Shown here: piece by piece, positions 27,030 through 38,000 of the stretch
Position numbering within the stretch: the first letter of the stretch is position 1
How the letters are laid out: the number at the start of each line of letters is the position of its first letter
Origin: a virus
Reading direction: 5' to 3' (one strand)
Length of the DNA stretch: 64,000 nucleotides
IMG/VR virus record: IMGVR_UViG_3300032307_000622
Span: 52,303 to 116,302 of that record
Notes under the pieces: model-generated
Told to the model about the DNA's origin: nothing
Database searches by the model: none
The model's input: the letters and a program-made list of their open reading frames with translations, nothing else
Translations under genes and position numbers: made by a program

Positions 27030-30000
27030 ATGGCTGATATTGAGACCAGTATTGGTATCAATCTTGATACGTCCAATGCACTAGCAGCTATTAAGAATCT
27101 CCAAAGAGAGATTTCAGCCTTTCATACCGCTCTCGCCAGGGGCTCATCAACTGCCGCTGCCGCTTCTGCCAGTCTACAAAAAGACTTAATAAACAACCTA
27201 AATGCTACTGGCAAATTCTCTGCCAGCATGACTAACATTAAGTCAACGACTGAATCATTTACTTCTGCACTAGAAAAAAACAAATTCTCCATGGGAGAAT
27301 ACTTCCGCTATGCAGGTGGAGCAAGCAAGACCTTTGGCCAAAACTTTACAAAAGAATTTAACACAATTGAGAAGGTAGCTCGTGAAAGAGTTAAAGACCT
27401 TCAGACACAGTACATACAGCTTGGAAGAAATGCCAACGGATCTCTAGAAGCAATAAAGATCAGACCAATGGTGCTTGATCTTAAAGATGCTGGAACACAG
27501 ATGCAGATTGCTGCACAAAAGCAGCAAATTTTTAATCAGCTTCTTCAGCAAGGTTCAACAAACCTTTTGAATTTTGGTAAGAACACCCAGTGGGCTGGTA
27601 GACAGCTTATGGTTGGTTTCACTATTCCATTGTCTGTATTCGGAAATCTTGCTGCAAAAACCTTTATGGACCTTGAGAAACAGGCCATTAAGTTTAAGCG
27701 TGTTTATGGAGAGTTATTTACATCTCCAGAAGAAACAGACTCAATGATCAAGTCTCTTCAAGAGCTTGCCTTAGAATTTACGAAATATGGTGTTGCAGTA
27801 GAAAGTACCATGGATCTTGCAGCATCAGCTGCAGCTATGGGTAAAACTGGAACAGATCTTTTGGGGCAGGTTACTGAAGCAAACAGACTAGCAGTCCTTG
27901 GTAACGTAGAACAACAGCAGGCACTAGAAACAACTATTTCTGTAACCAATGCTTTTGGGGTAGCGACAGAAGACCTTGCTAGCAAAATTGACTTTTTGAA
28001 CGCAGTTGAAAACCAAACTGTAACATCTATTGAAGACTTGACCATTGCCATTCCTAAAGCAGGTCCAGTTGTTCAACAGCTTGGTGGAAACGTAGAAGAC
28101 CTAGCTTTCTTCCTGACAGCGATGAAGGAAGGTGGAATTAATGCATCTGAAGGTGCTAACGCTCTAAAGTCTGGTCTTGCATCTTTGATTAACCCAACAG
28201 GCAGAGCAGCAGAAATGCTTTCTGGATTTGGAATTAACATCAAGGGCATTGTTGAGGCCAACAAGGGTGACGTTAAGGGTATCGTAATTGATTTTGCAAA
28301 AGCCTTAGACACACTAGACCCACTAAACCGTGCACAGGCAATTGAGCAGCTATTTGGTAAGTTCCAGTTTTCACGTCTTTCCACTCTATTCCAAAACGTA
28401 ATTGCCGAAGGTACTCAGGCAGAAAGAGTTTTGGCACTAACAAATGCAACCACAGCTGAGCTAGCAGCTTTGTCAGAAAAAGAACTTGGAAGTGTTGCAG
28501 ATTCTACAACCTTTAGATTCCAAAAAGCTATTGAAGAATTGAGGGTAGCGATTGCACCAATTGGAGAACAATTCTTAAAAGCAGTTACTCCAATTCTAGA
28601 ATTTGTAACTAAAATTTTAAACTCTTTCAACTCTATGAATGAGGGAGTCAGAAACTTTGTTGTTGTTGGTGGAGCAATTCTGGCAGGTCTTGGTCCAGTA
28701 TTCTTAATGCTATTTGGTCTTTTAGCCAATGGTGTAGCCAATATAATTAAGGGATTCTCTGCAGTCAGAGGCCTATTCCAAAAAACCAAAGAGTCTACAA
28801 CGACCCTTGGTGAACAAATGGACTACATGACTCGTGAACAGTTGGAGGCAGCAGCTGTAGCATCTTCTTTGGAACGTGCACACATGCAACTAGAGCAAAG
28901 GTTCACTTCTGAAAAAGATGCGGTAATAAGGCTTATTGAAGTTTACAATAAGGCTATTCAGGCAAAAGCTAGATTCTCAACTGTTCCTGGTGTTGGTCCT
29001 GCAACAGGAATAAAGCTTGCATCTGGAATTGTTTCAGTTCCTGGTCCAAAGGGTGCTGGAGACATTGTTCCTGCAATGCTTTCTCCAGGTGAGGCAGTTA
29101 TTCCAGCAGATAAGGCCAAGCAATATGCACCACTGATTAATGCAATGATTTCTGGAAACATACCTGGATACCAGTTTGGTAAAAAGGCCGATATTGCACA
29201 AGGATTTAGATCTACTGGAAGTTTCTACACCAATGCTTCTCATATGGCAGGCCTTGATCCAGAATCACTTATGGCAAGTGTTAGAGCTGCTGGCCAGGCT
29301 GATGTGGAATTTGGCGATCTAGAAATTAGGCTTGTAAAGCTAGTTCCAATTCTAGATGAATACGGAAAACAAATTGAGCTTAATGGTAAAAAGCAGCTAG
29401 AGGCAATAGAAACAATTAAGAGGGTAAGAGATTTAACAGAAGAGGATGTTAAGGATCAAACTGCTTTTGTGCGTGGTCAAACTTTTGGTGGAACAACAGT
29501 TCTAGAATCAGCTGCAAGAAATTCTGGTGCATATGAGGCATCTCGTAGAGCACTTGCAAGGCAAGGTATTGATGGTGCAAGAGGTGCTTCATTTACTCTA
29601 CAAGACGTAGTGTCCATGGGAGAAGGTGCTGAGTTAGCACTTGAGCAGGCAGCTTCTAGCGGACAAGACATGGCAACTGCATTTAATAAAAATGCAAAAA
29701 GATCAGAGCAGGTTCAGGCTGAGCTAGAGCTGCTTGTCAGAGAAGCAAGGGAAGCTCGTGAAGCCCTTTCCTCATCTAGCTCAATTGAAAAGCAGTATGC
29801 TTTTTCTAGAGACAGAGCAGTTACAGGAATACAGCAAGCACTACTAAGAGATAACCAGTATTCTTCTGACATCGAAAGGGCAGCAGAGGCACAGAGAAGG
29901 GTCGCTACTGTTGACCAACAATATGCAAGATTGCGTCAGAGTGGTTTGGATGAGGTAGAGGCATTAACAAGAGCACAGTCAATGCTTCAAGCTAAAATGG

Positions 30001-33000
30001 TTTCTGCCTCTACGGCAGTGGATGGCTTTATTACCATTGTTGCTGGACAAGGTTCTGCATCCAAGTTTGCCCTAAGGCCAACAGCAGCATTTGGAAAGGC
30101 CGCATCAAGAGGTTACAGTATTGAGGGCGGACCAGAGGCTATTTCTGCAGGTCGTGGGCCAAGTGCAGCTGACTTAATGACAAAACGTGTAAAAGAAATA
30201 GAGGCACTTGGACATAGCACAGAAATAGCTATGCAGATGGCATTTGATGAAATTATGGATGCCGCAAGACGAGGACTAAGAATTAGTTCTCCTTCAGGAA
30301 CATTTGACGAGCTAGCCATGAATGTAGAGGCTGGTGTTAATCAAGCAGGCCCAGAAGTAAGGGAAGCTGGTCAAGCATTGGGCACAGGAGTCGCTCAATC
30401 AGTTAATGCAGTTGCTCAAAAAATTTACAAGGTACCAGGTGCAAGACGTGCTACAACAGACCAGTCTGTATACTTGCAGGCTATGTCAGATCAGATATCT
30501 GGAATTGTTGCAAGAGGTGCTCAAACACAAAATAGATTTATTTCACCAAATGTGGGTCCAGCCACCATGGCATCAGACATAGCATCAAGAAAGCTACTCC
30601 TGGTTGCAGGAAATGCAGAAGAGGCATCTTCTAAACTAAGTAGCTTTGGCACTAAGGCAATGAATGCTAGCTTTGCCATGAGCTCCATAGCTGCAGCATC
30701 ATCTATATTTGGAAATGATCTTGGCTGGCTTAGCGAAGCAATTTACGGAATTACAACAGGTTTGTTTGCTCTTACAGGAATCGTACAGGTTCTCTCTATG
30801 CTTGAGGCTAAACGAGCTGCAATTGCAGCAAAAGAAGGTGCAAAGAATCTTATTGATGGAATCCTGAATGCACTTTCTGGAACAAAGATTGGTCAATCAG
30901 TAACCATGGCTGGTGGATTGGGTGCCTTAAAAACTGGTAAGCTGTCAACAAATCTTTCAAACTTAGCTGTAATAGCTAGAACACTTTGGTCCAACCTAAG
31001 CTGGGTAAGCCAGGGTCTGTTAAAACTAGCTCCAATTGTTGGAATGTCTGTTATAGCATTTGGTGCGATTGCTCAAGCCTCAAAGGATAGTAGAGCAAGA
31101 CTTGACTTTATGGGTAAGGCTGCATTCACGGCAGGAGAAAATCTTAAAGCAATTGCTGGAATCATTGGCTTTGATCCAATCAGAGATCCTTCAGAGTATG
31201 GAAGAGGAATACAAGCTCCTGCTACTGGAACAAGTGTTTCAGAACAAATTGGTGCAAGCGATCTGGCAAATAGCGATGCACTAAATAGTCTTATTGCAGA
31301 AAATGGAACTTATTTCCAAGAGTTTGAAGGATTGAAGAAGGCATCACTTGAACAAGCTGGACAACAGATGACTTCGCTCATGAATCAGCTTATTGCCATT
31401 TCTCCTGAGGGTACCGATATATCTAAGATTAGAGAGTTCGTTATTGCTCTTGCAAACAAGGCTGGAAAAGAAGGAATAACTCTAGGAATTGCAGTAAATC
31501 CATATGCAGACCCAGAAACATTTGATCAGAATATTTCAGCAGTTATTGAAGATTTGCAAGGCAGAACTACTGAGCTTGCTACTGATATAGTTGAAAGACA
31601 AAGAGAACTTTCTCCAAGTGGTCAGCCAATTAAATCAGGTTCATCAAAGGGAAGGCAACTACAGGTTCAATTTGGGGCTGATGCTAGACAAGTCTTTAAT
31701 GAAACAGCCTCAGCTTTTGAACAACTCAGAACAGCTCTAGGTGCAGGAACTATTGGACTAGACGAGTTTAACCTTCGTTCAGAAACACTAACCAACAACT
31801 TAAAGAATATACCATCACTAATTGCAAGTCCAGCAATGAATGAGCTAATAGCAACCTATGGAATTGATGGAGAGCTTGTTTCTGGAATAACAAATCTGAC
31901 CAATAAGCTTGCACTTCTTCAAGCACTTCAGATGGGGGCAGTAGTTGATCCTGCAATCATAACTGCACTTGATGCTGCTGATGATGCTAATGCCACTGAT
32001 GCCGAAAAGGCTGCAGGAGCACAAGCCCTGATAGATCTTGAAAATGCAAAGGAGGCCGCAATTGAAGATACTATTGATGCTTCTAAAAAATTAGCTGAGC
32101 AAAATATAAAGACTCAGGCATCTGTAGACCTATCCGCCATAGAAACTGAGATAACTCAAAATAAAGAAATACTTGATCTGGCACCAAAGCTTGTTAAAGC
32201 TGGTATGGACGAGGCTGATGCATATGAGGCATTGACTGATGCAAAGTGGCAGAATATTTTTGCTAGTGCAAAGATTAAAGACTTAGAGGCAGACCCAGAT
32301 GGAAATGTCACAACAAATATTGATGCTGCTGTAGAAGCCTACAATAGATGGAAGGGTAGCATAGAGGCAGTTGATGATGCAAATGAAAAGGCTACATCTT
32401 TAAAGAATTTTGATGACTATGTTAAGGACCTAGAGGAAGATAAAAAGATCAAGGCTGATCTTGAATCTAATTCAAAATTGGCAGCAGATGCTCAGCTAAT
32501 TCTTAATAATGAAATGCTAAAATCAGCATATGTTGCTGCAGTTGCTAACGGAACTGTTGATGAGTTTATCACAACCCTTGCTAAATATAAAAACCTTGCT
32601 CCAGCTACTGGTGGTACTGCAGAACAAACTCCTTTTGAGCAAGCAATTGAGCAGCTAAAGGATCAAAGAAAAGAAATTATCAACACGTCTTCAGCATTCA
32701 ACAAACTTAGGTCTGCTGGAGTTGAGGTTACTAAAGCATTTAGAATTGCCAAAGATCCAATTCTTGCTGCTGCTTTGGCTGCAGAAAAGGTTGGTACCAA
32801 AAAGTGGAAAGAACTTGTTGCTCTTATAAATAAGGTTAATGCAGAAGCAGCTGTAGCAGAACTAAGAAATCTAACTAATCAGAATATTGCAGAGTCTGAG
32901 ACTACTCAGCAAATAGCTTCTATCGAAAAGTACCTATCTAAGATTGGATATACTGCTGAGCAGGTTGAAAGGGTCACATCTCAGATCGGAAACAACCCAG

Positions 33001-34406
33001 ACATTCTTAAGAAGTTTGCTGATGACATTAAGGATGGAAAGGTTAACGCAAAATCAATTAGAGACTATCTTGCATCAGTTAAAAACATTAAGATTGGCCT
33101 GACTATTGAAGACATGGAAAATAAGGTTAACCAAGCTTTCTCAGATATATCTGCTGCCTTTGCTGCAAAGAGAGAGCAGATAAGTATTGATTTTGAAATG
33201 GGCACAAATATCAGTGGTAAGAATAAGATTAATCCATTAACAGGTCTACCATACAACACAACTGCAATTCAAAAATCTATCAAGGAAGCACAGGAATATA
33301 TTGCAGAAAGAGAATTCTCAATAGATAACTATGAGTACCAGCTCATGGGCATTCAAGAAAAAGAAGAAAAGATTAATGAATCCTATGACAAGAGAATTGA
33401 TGCCCTTGACAAGGTTCAAAAGCTTAATGAAAAGAATGCACAAATTGGTAAAGACCAGCTCAACATTGCCAATGCTCTAGCAACAGGAGACATTGCGGCA
33501 GCAGCAGCAGCTGTCCAGGAGGCAAGACAAAACGAAGCATCCAGAGCTATTGATTCTCAAAAGAATGCTCTTGAGGCTGCAAGAGAAGTAGAGCTTTCTA
33601 AAGTTCTTGCTACCAATGGAATGACTCGTGTTCAAATTGAATCTAAGATTAAAACACTTAAGGATGAAATTCTTAAAAAAGAAGAAGAGACTCTTGAGCC
33701 ACAGCAAAGAGCTTTGGACCTAGCTAATGGCTACAAAGACGCAGCAGATAAGTCAGTAACATATCTTGAGAAAAATGAGTCAGAGTGGAAGAAGATAGAG
33801 AATGGAGTTAGGCTTGCTAAGGTAGAGGCTGAGGGGTACAAGAAGGCTATTGAAGATGCTATCGCACTAATACCACAACTACAAGCAGGATTTGCTGCAG
33901 GCGGACTTGGCAATAATGGACAAAATGTAGATCCAAACAAGGCAAGAATTGATGCTCTGAACAAGCAGATTACTGCTAACCGCACAGCAGTAGCAGCAAG
34001 TAAGGGAACCACAGCAAATGACAAGAGGTTGATGGCACAAAACGTTAAGCTAATCAAGGAGTTGCGTGACCTAACTGGAGATCCAACTGCTGGAAAGCCA
34101 ACCAAAAAGAACTGGGGTGGACTTATTAAGAAGTTCTCTATGGGAGGATTTGCGATGGGTAGCGATACAGTTCCAGCAATGCTAACACCAGGTGAGTTTG
34201 TAGTTAGAAAATATGCCGTTAAGGATTTTGGATTGGACAGGTTGAAGTCAATAAATAACGGAACCTTCAATGGCGAATCAGTGTATAATTATGAGTTGAA
34301 CGTGAATATGTCTGGAACAAATCTAAGTGCAGACGATGTTGCAAGAACTGTTATATCTAAGATTAAGCAGATAGATTCACAAAGAATAAGAGGAAATAGT
34401 TTCTAA
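27030..34406 (+). CDS. Tape measure protein (2458 aa)
   Basis: Longest ORF; TP901-like core (AVENQT..SIEDL..AIPKAGP), hydrophobic segments, long Ala/Glu/Lys helical region. Confidence 0.93.
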   Translation: MADIETSIGINLDTSNALAAIKNLQREISAFHTALARGSSTAAAASASLQKDLINNLNATGKFSASMTNIKSTTESFTSALEKNKFSMGEYFRYAGGASKTFGQNFTKEFNTIEKVARERVKDLQTQYIQLGRNANGSLEAIKIRPMVLDLKDAGTQMQIAAQKQQIFNQLLQQGSTNLLNFGKNTQWAGRQLMVGFTIPLSVFGNLAAKTFMDLEKQAIKFKRVYGELFTSPEETDSMIKSLQELALEFTKYGVAVESTMDLAASAAAMGKTGTDLLGQVTEANRLAVLGNVEQQQALETTISVTNAFGVATEDLASKIDFLNAVENQTVTSIEDLTIAIPKAGPVVQQLGGNVEDLAFFLTAMKEGGINASEGANALKSGLASLINPTGRAAEMLSGFGINIKGIVEANKGDVKGIVIDFAKALDTLDPLNRAQAIEQLFGKFQFSRLSTLFQNVIAEGTQAERVLALTNATTAELAALSEKELGSVADSTTFRFQKAIEELRVAIAPIGEQFLKAVTPILEFVTKILNSFNSMNEGVRNFVVVGGAILAGLGPVFLMLFGLLANGVANIIKGFSAVRGLFQKTKESTTTLGEQMDYMTREQLEAAAVASSLERAHMQLEQRFTSEKDAVIRLIEVYNKAIQAKARFSTVPGVGPATGIKLASGIVSVPGPKGAGDIVPAMLSPGEAVIPADKAKQYAPLINAMISGNIPGYQFGKKADIAQGFRSTGSFYTNASHMAGLDPESLMASVRAAGQADVEFGDLEIRLVKLVPILDEYGKQIELNGKKQLEAIETIKRVRDLTEEDVKDQTAFVRGQTFGGTTVLESAARNSGAYEASRRALARQGIDGARGASFTLQDVVSMGEGAELALEQAASSGQDMATAFNKNAKRSEQVQAELELLVREAREAREALSSSSSIEKQYAFSRDRAVTGIQQALLRDNQYSSDIERAAEAQRRVATVDQQYARLRQSGLDEVEALTRAQSMLQAKMVSASTAVDGFITIVAGQGSASKFALRPTAAFGKAASRGYSIEGGPEAISAGRGPSAADLMTKRVKEIEALGHSTEIAMQMAFDEIMDAARRGLRISSPSGTFDELAMNVEAGVNQAGPEVREAGQALGTGVAQSVNAVAQKIYKVPGARRATTDQSVYLQAMSDQISGIVARGAQTQNRFISPNVGPATMASDIASRKLLLVAGNAEEASSKLSSFGTKAMNASFAMSSIAAASSIFGNDLGWLSEAIYGITTGLFALTGIVQVLSMLEAKRAAIAAKEGAKNLIDGILNALSGTKIGQSVTMAGGLGALKTGKLSTNLSNLAVIARTLWSNLSWVSQGLLKLAPIVGMSVIAFGAIAQASKDSRARLDFMGKAAFTAGENLKAIAGIIGFDPIRDPSEYGRGIQAPATGTSVSEQIGASDLANSDALNSLIAENGTYFQEFEGLKKASLEQAGQQMTSLMNQLIAISPEGTDISKIREFVIALANKAGKEGITLGIAVNPYADPETFDQNISAVIEDLQGRTTELATDIVERQRELSPSGQPIKSGSSKGRQLQVQFGADARQVFNETASAFEQLRTALGAGTIGLDEFNLRSETLTNNLKNIPSLIASPAMNELIATYGIDGELVSGITNLTNKLALLQALQMGAVVDPAIITALDAADDANATDAEKAAGAQALIDLENAKEAAIEDTIDASKKLAEQNIKTQASVDLSAIETEITQNKEILDLAPKLVKAGMDEADAYEALTDAKWQNIFASAKIKDLEADPDGNVTTNIDAAVEAYNRWKGSIEAVDDANEKATSLKNFDDYVKDLEEDKKIKADLESNSKLAADAQLILNNEMLKSAYVAAVANGTVDEFITTLAKYKNLAPATGGTAEQTPFEQAIEQLKDQRKEIINTSSAFNKLRSAGVEVTKAFRIAKDPILAAALAAEKVGTKKWKELVALINKVNAEAAVAELRNLTNQNIAESETTQQIASIEKYLSKIGYTAEQVERVTSQIGNNPDILKKFADDIKDGKVNAKSIRDYLASVKNIKIGLTIEDMENKVNQAFSDISAAFAAKREQISIDFEMGTNISGKNKINPLTGLPYNTTAIQKSIKEAQEYIAEREFSIDNYEYQLMGIQEKEEKINESYDKRIDALDKVQKLNEKNAQIGKDQLNIANALATGDIAAAAAAVQEARQNEASRAIDSQKNALEAAREVELSKVLATNGMTRVQIESKIKTLKDEILKKEEETLEPQQRALDLANGYKDAADKSVTYLEKNESEWKKIENGVRLAKVEAEGYKKAIEDAIALIPQLQAGFAAGGLGNNGQNVDPNKARIDALNKQITANRTAVAASKGTTANDKRLMAQNVKLIKELRDLTGDPTAGKPTKKNWGGLIKKFSMGGFAMGSDTVPAMLTPGEFVVRKYAVKDFGLDRLKSINNGTFNGESVYNYELNVNMSGTNLSADDVARTVISKIKQIDSQRIRGNSF

Positions 34407-35068
34407 TGGCTACCAATAATTATATGTCTGGAAGAAGAAAGTATGACAGGCCACAAGCCCTGCTATTTTCAGAAAACCCAGGAGTAATTGATGATGGAGC
34501 TCGTGTTCCAATTGGACATGAGTCTGGCACAAATACTGTTTCAGTATCTAACCCAAGGCTGCTAGACCAGTTTATGATTCTTTCTGACGATAATCGTCAA
34601 CCAATAGATGTAAAAATTATTAGAATAGAAAATCGTGAACGTATGGTTAATGGGAGGATGCGTTCACATCATATAGCAGACAAGAGATCCTTCTCTATTT
34701 CTTGGACCATGCTTCCATCTAGGTCATTTTCATCTAAGCCAAATTTTTCAATTAATACTGGAGAAACAGGCCTCAATGTTTCTGGAAGTCCTACGTTAGC
34801 CGATAATAGGTATACGACAGATGGTGGTGCAGGTGGTGTAGAACTAAAAGACTGGTATGACAGACACAAAGGATCTTTTTGGGTTTTTGTAGCATACGAC
34901 AATTATAAAGAGCTTGGTCTGGCTCATCCAAACAACATTCTTGCAACGCTACAAAGATATAATGAAGTTGTAGAAATGTACATAACAGACTTCAATTATT
35001 CAATTCAGAAGCGTGGTGGAACGAACTACGACTTGTGGAATATATCAATGACACTTGAGGAAGTTTAG
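34406..35068 (+). CDS. Distal tail (Dit-like) protein
   Basis: Follows the tape measure gene; RMVNGRMRS...K..FSISW..LPS; WNISMTLEEV. Confidence 0.7.
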   Translation: MATNNYMSGRRKYDRPQALLFSENPGVIDDGARVPIGHESGTNTVSVSNPRLLDQFMILSDDNRQPIDVKIIRIENRERMVNGRMRSHHIADKRSFSISWTMLPSRSFSSKPNFSINTGETGLNVSGSPTLADNRYTTDGGAGGVELKDWYDRHKGSFWVFVAYDNYKELGLAHPNNILATLQRYNEVVEMYITDFNYSIQKRGGTNYDLWNISMTLEEV

Positions 35069-35069
35069 T

Positions 35070-38000
35070 ATGTTTCAAGATGTCTTGTTACAAAATCACC
35101 TAGAGACAGCCAGCTCAGTAAAGTCTGAGTCTATTGTTATTGCTGAATGGAACATGAATTCCTTAGAGAATATTCGTACACTTGGCAACTACAGGCATCG
35201 TCCACTAGACCCATCAGGCTCAGTATACAAGACAACAATTAATACGTTTGATCCAAATGATGATGGAAATTTTTACACTAATGCAACCTACTCTGATGTT
35301 AAGGTTGATGGTGGATTTAGAGACAACAACCAGCCAATATTTTTTGAGTCAAGGATTGAAAAAGAGCAATCCCTATATTCCCTAGAAGAATGTTTTGGAA
35401 AATTCAGGCCAAGATCTGGAATCAATAAGCTAAGATATTTTGATAATAAATTCTCACATCACAGCAACATAAATATGGCCCAGAGACCAAGATACTATAT
35501 GGCAGATAAGTATGACTCTTTTAAGTATTGGACATCTTATAGAATTGAAAATAATATAGAAAGAGGAATTGCCAAAAATAGTTTTAATGGTCAATTCTTT
35601 ATTGACGATGCAGCACCATTTGTTGTTTATAAGGAAAGTGTTCCAGCAAATAGATTAACCATAAAAATGCAGACCAATGTTGGAGATATTGATCTAGGAC
35701 CATTTTCAAATTCTTTTGGATCATTTCCAGATCCACTATATGGAAATTCAAACAAGACTACCCCAGTTAAGTGGAAGATTCAAACACTGCAAGACGGTGC
35801 ATGGGTAGATGCAAAAACTTTTGATGCAAGTTCTACACGACTAGATGGCTCTCCAATAGTTGGTTCAGATGGCTATGTAGAACTATATTTTGGAATGATT
35901 GTCCCTAGAGAGTATATGGGTATATTTAAGCATGCAGGCATCTTGTACTCAGATTTAGTTTTGCCAAAAAACCCTTTTGAGGGCGAAGCCTTTTTGGTAA
36001 AAAGCAGTGATGACGATCTAGGGCAATATCACATATGGTTCAACAACTCATATAGAACATTTACTCCAACATATGGATGGATGCTGTATCATGAGTCTGA
36101 TGTAATTTTGAATGGGTTGGTTGAAAACTTGTCCAATCCAGATACCTATATTGATATTGGCTCAGGGAAAAGACGGTACAGGGACATAGAATATATTTCT
36201 GGTATAAGGGTTGTTGTAGACACTATGAATAAAATAGACTCAACCTTTGACTTAATTGAAATGTCACCAAGACTAGTTGGAGACATATCAGATATGGTTC
36301 TGGACTTTAATGTTAGCAAGCATGCATCAGATCTTGGTGTTAGCGGTTTACCAGTTGGACAGCTTTTGGCATCATCTGGAAGCTTGTCAATTTTTGATGA
36401 AGCCCAAGTCTTCAATAGCAATAATCCAGATAGCCTGGTTTCAGCTCATCTAGATAAGAAAATTAAGTTTAAGTTTTATGAAGCGATTTTAGAAGCAGAA
36501 GATATTGCAAATTACTATGTACCAATAAAAACACTATACTCTGACACAATGCCTAAAACCGATAGCAATTCAAAAAGAGTTACTATTCCTCTCAGAGATA
36601 TGTTTTTTTATTTTGAATCACTAACAGCACCACAAATATTTCTCCAAAATGTTTCTGTTAGCTATGCAGTGTCTTTCCTATTGGACAACATAGGATTCTC
36701 TAACTATATGTTTAAGAGGGCACCTGGAGAAACTGAAATGACGATTCCTAGTTTCTTTATTGGAACAGACAAGTCTGTTGCCCAAGTTCTTCAAGATATA
36801 GCAGTTTCTACACAAACTGCAATGTTCTTTGATGAGTACAATAACTTTATTATGATGAGCAAAAACTATATGTTGCCATCAGAATCAGAAAGACCAACTG
36901 ACATCTCTCTATATGGGCAAGACATTCTAGTAGACTCTAATGGAAACGAATACCCATATATAGATCAAGTTAGCTCAGTTGCAATGCTTCCAAAAGACAA
37001 GTTTGGTGGAGCATATACGGTTGGAGTTAACCAGGAAATATATGTATGGTCAGACACCCAGAATTCTCCAGTATCTGCAGGCCTTTATCGTAGAACTAAA
37101 AATCCTGCAAACATTGTAGAAATTTCAGCTGAAAACAATAGCATCTACAATGACGGTAGAATCAATTACACCTCTAGGTCTTTGCAAAAAACTTATGGTT
37201 CTATTAGACAAGCATATCTTTTAGACCAGGACAAAACATGGGTATATAAGCCAGCATTGCTTTGGGAGGTAACTGGCACTGACAGAACTAGGTCAATCAA
37301 TGGAGAAATCTCTAGTCAGTCATCCTATGTTTTAGGAGCAATGCCATTAAATTCTCGTCTTAGTGAAAGGGTTCCCCAAGTAGTCAACCATAGGGTTGTA
37401 GACAATATCATGGACCTTGGTGAAGGTGTTTACTGGATTACCAGATATAACGGATACTTTTATGCTAATGGAGAAATTATACGGTATGACGCTGTTCAAT
37501 TTAATATTCCTAAAACTGTTTCCACATCAACTGGGGTATCTGTTGTAGACAACAATGTTTGGATTACTAGCATTGAGGAGTATGACAGCTATTTCTCTAA
37601 GCTTTCTTTTAATGGAAAAATTTACCCAACAGGTTTGGTAAGAATATACTCACAACCAAAATATGAAACTGTAGATGGGGTTGCTAGGTTAAAGAATGGA
37701 CCAGTTGAGAAACACGGTAGAGGCCAGTTTGGAACCACAATCTCTAGCCATGAAGCAGGGCTTAGCGACTATTGGTCTAACCCATCTAACAGAAAAGCAT
37801 GTGTTATGGACTCATCATACCTATTTTCTGATAAAGACATTCCAGCAACTGCAATTGGACCAGCTGGTATTAGTCCATCAATTGCGTCAAAAACTACTGT
37901 TAATGGGGTAATAAAGAATTTCCTAAGCTCCTCATACATAACTGAATCAGAGCTTAATGGTCTTAGATCTACACAAACTGGAACCGTTCAATCGTCTGCA

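Noticed and set aside
19972-34270. Many antisense or alternative-frame ORFs in the track (e.g. 19972..20472, 28415..28789, 33731..34270)
   Set aside because: Shadows of codon-biased sense genes, with no RBS or recognisable motifs.
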